This document shows, one piece after another, positions 50,376 to 59,487 of a stretch of 59,487 bases of DNA. The DNA comes from an uncultured Bacteroidales bacterium. Its GTDB lineage: Bacteria; Bacteroidota; Bacteroidia; Bacteroidales; UBA12077. Below the pieces are notes generated by a model, which saw only the letters and a program-made list of their open reading frames with translations, had not been told where the DNA came from and ran no database searches. Numbering within the stretch: position 1 is the stretch's first letter; each line of letters opens with the position of its first letter. The translations under genes were made by a program, and so were the position numbers. The stretch covers positions 1 to 59,487 of the forward strand of contig CAZPMA010000003.1 of the NCBI GenBank assembly GCA_964587535.1. The letters are read 5' to 3'.

Positions 50376-50452
50376 AGTAATCAGTAATCAGTAATCTGAA
50401 ATCTAAAATTTGAAATCTGAAATCTGAAATCTGAAATCTGAAATCTAAAATT
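50376..50452 (+). repeat. Array of 11 imperfect heptamers
   Basis: (AGTAATC)x3, TGAAATC, TAAAATT, (TGAAATC)x5, TAAAATT. Confidence 0.9.
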
Positions 50453-50482
50453 AAATAAAACCATACAAATCAATATAAAAAA

Positions 50483-51532
50483 ATGAAAAAGCTCATACCA
50501 TTCATTATTGCTGTTGTTTTATTATCAGCATGTAACAACGAAGAAAAAGAACTAAATAAAGACATATCAGTGCCGGTATCTGTTATGGATTTAAAACTGA
50601 AATCTATCGAAAAATTCATAGAAACTACAGGAACTGTTTATCCTGTAAAAGAAATTAGCCAGCGATCTGAAATTGCAGGAAACTATATCTTACTCGTAAA
50701 TCCTGCTACTGGCAACAAATATGCTTTAGGAGATTATGTTAAGGAAGGAGATGAAATTATTCGACTAGAAGATAAAGAATACGAAAACAATGTTAAGATC
50801 AACTCTCTTAAGCTTAGCCTTGAAATTTCAAAACAAGTTTATGAAAAGCAGCAATCACTTTATGAAAAAGGGGGTGTTACCCTGAGTGAATTAAAAAATG
50901 CAGAAATTGAATACATCAATGCTGATTACAATTACAAAGATGCGCTTATTCGCTTAGAAAAAATGCATATTAAAGCTCCTTTTTCAGGAGTAATTGTCGA
51001 TTTACCATACTATACTCCTTCAACTAAAGTTGATGCAAGCTCATTAATGTTTAAACTAATGGATTATAGCAAATTATATATGGAAATCAGCTTAGCTGAG
51101 AAAGACTTGACTTACGTTAAATCAGGACAGAAAGTAAATATTACAAATTATACAATCCCTAATGATACATTAGTTGCTACTGTTAGCCAAATATCTCCAG
51201 CTATTGATGTTGATACACGATCTTTTAAAGCTATGATAAACATTAAAAACAATGATTTGCTATTGCGCCCGGGTATGTTTGCTAAAGGTGAGATTATTGT
51301 TGCTTCGGTTGATAATGCTATTGTAATTCCAAAAAACGTAATTCTTTCAAAACAACGTGGAAATACTGTATTTATTATTGATAAAGGATTAGCACAAGAG
51401 CGAATTGTAACTTTTGGTCTTGAAAATCCTAATGAAGTACAAATTATTTCTGGGTTAGAACAAAACGAAAGACTGGTTATAAAAGGATTTGAAACACTGA
51501 GAAACAGATCTAAAGTAAAGGTTATTAAATAG
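50483..51532 (+). CDS. Efflux periplasmic adaptor (membrane fusion protein), lipoprotein
   Basis: Lipobox LSA-C; GDYVKEGD, IKAPFSGVI, LLRPGMF. Confidence 0.92.
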   Translation: MKKLIPFIIAVVLLSACNNEEKELNKDISVPVSVMDLKLKSIEKFIETTGTVYPVKEISQRSEIAGNYILLVNPATGNKYALGDYVKEGDEIIRLEDKEYENNVKINSLKLSLEISKQVYEKQQSLYEKGGVTLSELKNAEIEYINADYNYKDALIRLEKMHIKAPFSGVIVDLPYYTPSTKVDASSLMFKLMDYSKLYMEISLAEKDLTYVKSGQKVNITNYTIPNDTLVATVSQISPAIDVDTRSFKAMINIKNNDLLLRPGMFAKGEIIVASVDNAIVIPKNVILSKQRGNTVFIIDKGLAQERIVTFGLENPNEVQIISGLEQNERLVIKGFETLRNRSKVKVIK

Positions 51533-51643
51533 TTGTTCAGTTCTAGATTTCGAGTTTCCAAAAAATATAAAACGTTAAAAAGATGCATTTGGCCAAATAT
51601 AGAAATAAAAATTCCTTGCGTCTTTACGAGAAAATAAAAAAGC

Positions 51644-54600
51644 ATGAAAAAAATAACACAATTCTCAGTAAATAATCCTGTTACCGTTTCGATGATTGTT
51701 ATCGGAATCATCTTGTTAGGATATATTTCATTTGAGCGTTTAAGTGTGGATTTATTCCCCGACATGAATGCTCCAAGAATATTTGTTGAGATAAAAGTAG
51801 GTGAACGTCCACCCGAAGAAATAGAAAAACAATATATAGAAGATCTAGAAGCTCAGGCTATTCGGCAAAAAGGAGTATCACAGGTCTCTTCAGTTTGTAT
51901 GGTTGGTTCTGCAAGGGTTACTGTTGAATACAATTGGGGTTCCGATATGGATGAAGCTTTCTTAGACTTACAAAAAGCACTTACAACTTATAGTCAGAGT
52001 GCAGAAATAGATGAGTTTACAATTACCCAGCACGATCCGAATGCTACGCCTATAATGATTATTGGAATGAAACATCCTGAAATATCAGATATGGATGAGC
52101 TTCGAAAGACTGGTGAGAATTACATTCGAAATGAACTTATTCGTTTGGAAGGCATTGCTGATGTTACATTAACAGGTACTGAAGAAAAAGAAGTATTGAT
52201 TGAGACCGAACAGTACAAACTGGATGCTTATGGTTTAACCACAAATCAAATTGTTCAAGAGATACAAAACATAAACAGAAATGTATCTGGTGGAACAATC
52301 GTTGAGATGGGTAAAAAATATATTATTAAAGGTACCAGCCTTATTGAAAAGATTGAAGATATTGAGAATATCGTTTTAAGCTATAAACTTGTAAACAGTG
52401 CCAATGAGCAATCGACAATTAAAGCCCCTATTTTTCTTAAGGATGTTGCTAAAGTTAGTTTTGTAAATAAAAACCCGCAAAATATTGTTCGAATAAACGG
52501 ACAAAGATGCATAGGGCTTTCGATATACAAGGAAACAGGATTCAATACTGTAAAAGCCGTTGATGATTTAACCGAATCGTTCGAATCCATACAAAAAGCT
52601 TTGCCCGGTTATGAATTTATTATTGTTCAAAACCAGGGAGAGTTTATTCAAACTGCCATCGACGAAGTTCAGGAAACAGCTTTGGTCGGTATTCTAATTG
52701 CTGTTTTTGTTCTTTTTATTTTCTTACGCAGATTAAAAGTAACTGCAATTATAAGTTTTGCAATTCCGGTATCAGTCATTGCAACGTTTAACTTAATGTA
52801 CTTTAATGGCCTAAGCCTAAATATTATGACCTTAGGAGGTTTAGCCCTGGGTGCAGGAATGCTGGTAGATAATGCCATTGTGGTAATGGAAAATATTTTC
52901 CGTAACATGGAACAAGGTATGTCGGTTCGAGAAGCTGCTATAAATGGAACAGCTGAAGTTGGTGGTGCAATTGTAGCTTCTACTTTAACCACAATTGTTG
53001 TTTTCTTACCAATTGTATATCTGCATGGTGCTTCTGGTGCACTTTTTAAAGATCAGGCTTGGACAGTGGCATTCTCATTACTAGCATCCCTTTTTGTAGC
53101 TATTTTAGTTATTCCTATGCTATTTAATTATGCTTACAGAAATAAAAGACATCAGAAGGAAATTAAGTCTGTACGTATTAAATGGTACGGGACTCTTTTA
53201 TCTAAATTACTTGACCGAAAAGGCCTGGTATTAATTTCAGCTTTAATTCTACTGGGATTAACAGTTTATATATTCCCATTTGTAGGGTCAGAATATTTGC
53301 CCAAAAGTGGAACCAATGAATTTAGTGTTGAAATAAAATTAAAAGAGGGCACTCAACTGGAACGAACTTCAGGGGTCGTTGCGAATATTGAATCAATGCT
53401 TAACGAAATGTTGGGTGATAAATTAGATATAATTTATAGTCAGGTTGGACCATCCAGCTCATCAAGCAATGAAAAATCTGTTTTTCAAAACGAAAATACA
53501 GCAATTCTTAAAATTCATTTGAATAAGGAATATATTAGGCAGTCTGAAATAATTATTACTAATGTTGAAGAATTGCTTAGTACTATTCCTGATGCTGAAA
53601 TTTCAATTATTCGTGATGAAACCGCATTACAATCAACATTAGGAACTGACGAAGCTCCACTGGTTGTTGAAATAAAAGGAAAAGATCTGGACATTTTGAG
53701 TCGGATCTCAGAAGAGATTAAATATAAACTTATTGATTTACCCGAATTGCTCAATATTAAAACAAATGTTGAAGAAGGTGCTCCGGAAATTGATGTTGTT
53801 ATAGATAGATATAAAGCCGGAGTTTATAATATGAGTGTAGAAGATATTACATCTCAGCTTAAAGATTTACTCATGGGTAAAGATGCAGGTAAATATGAAA
53901 AGAATGGAGAAATGAACGATATTACAGTTAAACTCCCGGATATAAGTTTATCAGAATTTTATTCCATAACACTTAAAAATGGAAGCCAAAATGTTCCATT
54001 GTATGAGTTAGCACATATTAAGAAGTCATTATCTCCAAAGCAGTTGTTCCGAAGAAATCAGAACAGGATTACCAAAGTGATGGCAGATATTGATCAATCG
54101 TTGGCATTCGATCAGGTTATTAAAAAAGTAAAAGAACAGATTGAAACTCTAGATATTCCGTTAGAATACGAGGTAAATATTGTTGGTGAAGAACAAAAAA
54201 GACAGGAAGCTATGTCAGGATTGAGTTTTGCTTTGATGCTTTCAATCATTTTGGTTTATATGGTTATGGCATCTCAGTTTGAATCACTGATCCATCCATT
54301 TACAATTTTATTGACAATTCCTTTAGCAGGTGTTGGAGCTATATGGGCATTCTTAATTTTAGGAAAGTCATTAAGTATCATGGCTTACATTGGAATAATT
54401 ATGCTGGCAGGTATTGCAGTTAATGATTCAATTATTTTAGTTGATGCCATTAACCAGTTCAAAGCCCAGGGTTTATCATTAAGAGAATCTATCATAAGTG
54501 CTGGTGAAAATCGTATCAGACCAATTATAATGACAAGTTTAACAACCATATTGGCCTTATTGCCATTAACATTTGGGATTGGAGAAAGTGCCGCATTAAG

Positions 54601-54724
54601 ATCTCCTATGGCTATTGCAGTAATTGCCGGTTTAATCACATCAACATTGTTAACACTGGTTGTTATCCCATGTGTTTACTATGTTTTTGAGAATATAAAA
54701 ATGAAATTTAGTAGAAATATCTAA
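51644..54724 (+). CDS. RND (AcrB/AcrD/AcrF family) permease
   Basis: LSVDLFPD, GMLVDNAIVVMENI, MASQFES, GIAVNDSIILVD, RIRPIIMTSLTT. Confidence 0.95.
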   Translation: MKKITQFSVNNPVTVSMIVIGIILLGYISFERLSVDLFPDMNAPRIFVEIKVGERPPEEIEKQYIEDLEAQAIRQKGVSQVSSVCMVGSARVTVEYNWGSDMDEAFLDLQKALTTYSQSAEIDEFTITQHDPNATPIMIIGMKHPEISDMDELRKTGENYIRNELIRLEGIADVTLTGTEEKEVLIETEQYKLDAYGLTTNQIVQEIQNINRNVSGGTIVEMGKKYIIKGTSLIEKIEDIENIVLSYKLVNSANEQSTIKAPIFLKDVAKVSFVNKNPQNIVRINGQRCIGLSIYKETGFNTVKAVDDLTESFESIQKALPGYEFIIVQNQGEFIQTAIDEVQETALVGILIAVFVLFIFLRRLKVTAIISFAIPVSVIATFNLMYFNGLSLNIMTLGGLALGAGMLVDNAIVVMENIFRNMEQGMSVREAAINGTAEVGGAIVASTLTTIVVFLPIVYLHGASGALFKDQAWTVAFSLLASLFVAILVIPMLFNYAYRNKRHQKEIKSVRIKWYGTLLSKLLDRKGLVLISALILLGLTVYIFPFVGSEYLPKSGTNEFSVEIKLKEGTQLERTSGVVANIESMLNEMLGDKLDIIYSQVGPSSSSSNEKSVFQNENTAILKIHLNKEYIRQSEIIITNVEELLSTIPDAEISIIRDETALQSTLGTDEAPLVVEIKGKDLDILSRISEEIKYKLIDLPELLNIKTNVEEGAPEIDVVIDRYKAGVYNMSVEDITSQLKDLLMGKDAGKYEKNGEMNDITVKLPDISLSEFYSITLKNGSQNVPLYELAHIKKSLSPKQLFRRNQNRITKVMADIDQSLAFDQVIKKVKEQIETLDIPLEYEVNIVGEEQKRQEAMSGLSFALMLSIILVYMVMASQFESLIHPFTILLTIPLAGVGAIWAFLILGKSLSIMAYIGIIMLAGIAVNDSIILVDAINQFKAQGLSLRESIISAGENRIRPIIMTSLTTILALLPLTFGIGESAALRSPMAIAVIAGLITSTLLTLVVIPCVYYVFENIKMKFSRNI

Positions 54725-54795
54725 ATAATCGCACTCAGATGTTTTTGTGAAGATATAATCCCGCAAAGATTCAGAGTCGCTACGAATATTACTAT

Positions 54796-55173
54796 ATGAC
54801 TGAAAACGAATTATCTAAAATAATAGTTAATACTTGTTATAATATACATGTTAAACTTGGTCCGGGATTATTGGAATCAGTATATGAAGAAATTCTTTTT
54901 TATGAACTAACAGCGCAAGGATTAAAAGTTGAAAGACAAAAAGCGATTCCAGTAATCTGGAATAATATAAAAATGGAAATTGGATTTCGTGCTGATTTGA
55001 TTATTGAAAATAAAGTAATAATTGAGTTAAAATCTGTTGAAAGCATTGCTCCTGTTCATCCAAAACAATTATTAACCTATTTAAGATTAACTAATATAAA
55101 ACTAGGCTTGTTAATCAACTTTAATGAAAAATTAATTAAGGATGGTATTACGAGAATAGTTAATAATTTATAA
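54796..55173 (+). CDS. GxxExxY protein (PD-(D/E)xK nuclease-like)
   Basis: LGPGLLESVYEE, FRADLIIENKVIIELKS, QLLTYL. Confidence 0.92.
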   Translation: MTENELSKIIVNTCYNIHVKLGPGLLESVYEEILFYELTAQGLKVERQKAIPVIWNNIKMEIGFRADLIIENKVIIELKSVESIAPVHPKQLLTYLRLTNIKLGLLINFNEKLIKDGITRIVNNL

Positions 55174-55225
55174 TTGATAAAATAAAATGTCTTGGCGTTT
55201 TAGCGCCATAGCGAGAAAAAAGAAT

Positions 55226-58200
55226 ATGAATTTCATTATAAAAAGAAAAACACTTATTGCAATGCTCTTTACAGGGCTTACAATGCTTGGATATATTTCA
55301 TATAAACAATTGGCAGTTGAGCTCTATCCTAATGCGACACTACCAATGCTTTATGTAAGTGTTGGGACTCCATTGGAAGTTGATCCAAAATACATGGAAA
55401 ACCAAGCTATTATTCCATTAGAAGGTGCAATAGGAACATTAGAAAACATTGAAGAAATAAATTCTACAGCAGGACAACAATCTGGCAGTGTAGCAATATC
55501 TTACGAAAAAGGAACTGATTTAAAATATGCTTATTTAAAGCTCATTGAAAAAATTGAGGAAACAAAAGGATCTATCCCTGAAGAATTTCAAGTACAAGCT
55601 TTCAAATTCGATTTGGAACAAATGAATAATATGTTCATGAGCATTGATGTTCGAGGAAGTGGTGGTGTTGATAGGGTAAGACATATTACGGATCAGGAGA
55701 TCATCAATAAAATAAAAAATATTGATGGTATTGCAAATGCAGAAGTCTTTGGTGGCCGAGAGAGATCTATTGAAATAGTTCTTCACCAGGATATATGCGA
55801 TAGCTATGGTATAACACCTGCCGACGTACGAACAGCTTTAAGTAATAACAGTAAATCAAGAACTTTTGTAGGTAAAGTAAGTAATCAAAACCAGCTACAT
55901 TTTGTAAATGTTCTATCAGAATTTGATGATATACAAGATATACACAACCTGGTTGTTAAAGAGCAAGGTAAAATAAAGTTAAAAGATATTGCTGAAATTA
56001 ATTACGGTGTAAAAGAGCAAGAATCGTATAGCCGAGTAAATGGTAAAGAAGCTGTTACCATAAGTTTAACTAAAGATTCGCAGGCTAACATCATAGCATT
56101 GGCAAATAATGTAAAGAGCCTGTTAAAAAATCTAAATAAAGAACTTTCGGCTAAAGATATTGAGTTAGTGATTCAAAGTAATAATGCTGAAACAATGGAG
56201 AATAATATCGATTCCATAATTCATTTAGCACTTATTGGCGGAATACTGGCTATTTTTATCCTATGGATATTCCTAAAAAACTTCAGATTGGTAATAGCAA
56301 TTGCATTGGCGATACCAATATCTGTTTATACGGCATTTAATTTCTTTTATGCTTTTGGAATAACCATAAATAGTTTAACACTTTTGGGAATGGCTCTGGC
56401 CATTGGAATGCTGCTCGACAATAGTGTGGTAGTACTCGAAAATATTTATCGTTTGGCAGCGAAAAACATAAACCCTGATCAAGCAGTAATACAAGGAACA
56501 AAAGAAGTATGGCGCTCCATATTTGCAGCAACCCTTACCACAGTAACTGTATTTTTACCTTTTGTGTTCTCAACTGATTTCTTTATCAGTTTAATTGGTA
56601 AACATATCGGAGTTTCAATTATTTCCACCTTACTAGTGTCTTTGGTAGTAGCCTTATTGCTTATTCCGATGATTACACATGCTTTTCTTAAGTACAGAAA
56701 AAATGATAAACCAATACAATTTGAAACCATTTCTTTCCACAATAGATTAATACAGATTTATAGAGTAATCCTTAAAACATGTATGCGAAAACCTGGAAAA
56801 ACTATACTTGGAGCATTAATTGTATTTTTCCTCACACTTTTAATCAGTTTAGGAATAAGCTTTATTTCATCAGAAGAAGCAGAAATCAAAGAGATTAAAC
56901 TATACGTAAGCTTACCTAGTGGAACTACCTTAGATGATACGGATATCGTAATTGCAGAAGCTGAAAAAAAACTGGAAGATCTGGAAGAAAAGAAAGATGT
57001 TTTAAGTCAGGTATATGAAGAGGAAGCTGTTATTACAATTACTTTAGTTGATGATTTCAAAGACATACGTAATTATTCGATCCCAAAGATCAAAAATGAA
57101 ATTATGGATCGAATTGAAGATTTAAATCCTGCAGAATTTAGCTGGGATCCACCCGCAAGTGGACGACGTTTTGGCAGCGATAGTTATGCCGACGACGAGT
57201 TTGGTCGAATGCTTGGAATCGGTGCTCAGCGCGAGAAAGTAATTATTAAAGGTCAGGATTTTGATAAAATGCTTAATCAGGCTAATGATGTTAAATATTA
57301 TTTGGGCCAGCTAACTTCTATTGAAAATGTTGACATACGTGTTCCAGATAAAAGACCAGAGCTAATGCTTAATTTAGATAAGCAATTAATGTCATTTTAT
57401 GATATCCCGGTAACTTCAGTGCTTTCTGAGTTAAACTCATTCCAACATGAATTTTCAAGTGGTATAAAATTCAAACAGGGAACAGATGAATACGACATTC
57501 AGATAAAGACACTTACTTATGAAGACCAAAAAGACAGAAATATTACTGATTTAAAAACCCTATCTGTTCGAAGCGGTCAGGGTTCACAATTTGAATTACA
57601 GGAAATAAGTAAATTCAATTTTACTGAAGGTTTATCAACCATTAAAAGAACAAATCAGGAAAAACAATTAGAAGTTGTATATCAGTTTATTGATGAAGTG
57701 CAAAGTGAAAAAGATTTATTAGAATCTGCCCGATTTGAAATTGATGAACTTATAAGCAATATGAGTTTACCTTCGGGTATTGCTCTTGAAGTTGTTCATG
57801 AAGAAGATAACTTGGGTGAATTTGGTTTTTTGCTGTTAATGGCATTTATCCTTATTTATATGATTCTTGCTTCGGTTTTTGAATCATTCTCAACTCCAAT
57901 AGTTATGATGTTTTCAATTCCAATGGCTGCCATAGGCTCCCTGGTATTATTAATACTTACAGGAACATCGTTAATGAATACAAATGTATTAACCGGATTG
58001 CTTATTCTACTTGGAATTGTGGTAAATAATGGAATTATTTTAATTGACTACTCCAGAGTTTTACGACGACGTGGGTATTCAGAATCAAGGGCATTAATGA
58101 TGGCTGGTTTAGCACGTGTAAGACCCATATTAATAACAGCCATTACAACAATAATTGCCCTTATTCCGCTTGCATTAGGAAAAGCCGAATATGTGCAACT

Positions 58201-59487
58201 AATTGGTGTTCCTTTTGCAATTACAATTATCGGCGGATTAACATTAAGTACAATTTTAACTTTAGTATTTATTCCCACCTTAAATTCAGGTCTGCAATCA
58301 TCGTTAAACTGGATTTATCAACAAAAAACCTACATTAAAATAGTTCAGATCGCAATTTGGGCTATTGGTAGTTACTTTATATTTACTGAGATTGACAGAA
58401 GAGTATGGCAGATTATTGTTTTCATATTATTGATTATTGCTGTTCCGGCAAGCATATATTTTATCCAGAACAGTTTGCGAAAAGCCAGTGAGAAACTAAT
58501 CGACGAGAAAGATGCCTTGAATATAAAAATCAGAAACCTTGTAAAGATTTATGATTGGGATAATCGCTTTATGCGTGAATGGAAATCAGGAATAAATATT
58601 CGTAAACGTTTAGGAATTGAACACGAATATAAATCTGCAAAAGATTTTGACCAGTTAATATGGCAAATACCCCTAATTGGCTTCTTTCTATTCTTTATAT
58701 ATTTTCATTTAGAAAGTGGATTATGGTATTTTATATTACCTATATTCTTATATATCATAACATTATATGTTTTAGATCCAATAAAAAAATATGTTTCAAA
58801 CTTAAAATATGCAGGCAAACATAAACTTGTAAGATTTCTATTGAGCGTAATTCAAAAATCATTTTTCTGGGGTTTCCCTGCACTTACTTTATTCTTATTT
58901 TATAAAAAGTATACACTTCTTGGACTAATAATTCCAATGGGTGTAATATGGTATTTCCTTATTTTAATAAAAGTTACATCGGATAATTTATACAAGAAAC
59001 AAGTTGATATTAACAGATTAAAGGGTAAATTTAAAAGCATCCGAAAAGGCTTTTATAAATTAGTTAAGGTTATTCCAATTATTGGTAAAAAGAAAGTTCC
59101 TTTTAAAGCACTTAAAGGTGTTTCGATTAAAATAGAAAATGGGATGTTTGGATTACTTGGACCAAATGGTGCTGGCAAATCAACATTAATGCGTATCATT
59201 TGCGGAATCCTTGAACCTAGCTATGGTCAGATAACAATTAATGGCATTGATGTTCGAGAAAAAAGAGAAGAGCTACAAGGTTTAATTGGTTACCTTCCAC
59301 AGGAATTTGGTATGTACGAAAACATGACTGCCTGGGATTTCTTACATTACATGGGTATACTCAAGAAAATCTATAACCAGGAAGAAAGAACTAAACGAGT
59401 AGAATATGTTCTTAATGCAGTTCATATGTTTGATAGTAAAGATGAAAAAATTGGTTCTTTCTCAGGCGGCATGAAACAACGTATCGG
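55226..59487 (+). CDS. RND permease fused to an ABC ATPase, 3'-truncated by window edge (not in ORF track)
   Basis: [15 protein letters not shown]..., [26 protein letters not shown]; manually read stop-free from 58202 into GPNGAGKS (59159) and FSGGMKQR in the same frame as the start. Confidence 0.88.
   Translation, partial: [1420 protein letters not shown]

Noticed and set aside
50376-50452. Possible CRISPR array
   Set aside because: 7-nt tandem units with no spacers and no cas genes
51148-51765. 205-aa minus-strand ORF
   Set aside because: Antisense shadow of the adaptor and RND genes; no recognisable domain
55535-58278. Short minus-strand ORFs suggesting a gene-poor or pseudogenised end of the window
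   Set aside because: Region is occupied by the plus-strand RND-ATPase frame, omitted from the track because it has no stop in the window

Overview
AT-rich (about 30% GC by eye) chromosomal segment, most likely from a Bacteroidota (Bacteroidales-like) genome, judged from gene families, TAnnTTTG -7 promoters and lipoprotein signals. No rRNA, tRNA, CRISPR array, transposase or phage gene was seen. It is dominated by cell-envelope functions: five MacB/FtsX-type ABC permeases without their own ATPase, each with a sigma54-like promoter; two paralogous NtrC-type two-component systems; a BlaI/BlaR1-M23 pair; many exported peptidases (M28, CHAT, C39-like, an M14 active/inactive pair, M2/M3-like); and lipid-handling fusions (DAK2-DegV, FadD-ACP-PlsC). 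The right end holds a hybrid ABC/RND export operon. Best leads: (1) an RND permease fused to an ABC ATPase whose nucleotide-binding domain is interrupted by a ~180-aa membrane-spanning insert (55226 to end, absent from the ORF track); (2) an unannotated 53-aa double-glycine-leader peptide, with a core resembling the C-terminal helix of type III secretion needle proteins, divergent from a secreted TPR-CHAT protease; (3) an 18-bp palindrome that appears to expand by +15 nt per event and sits nested and in frame inside the BlaR1-like gene; (4) repeat footprints at three junctions of the export operon.
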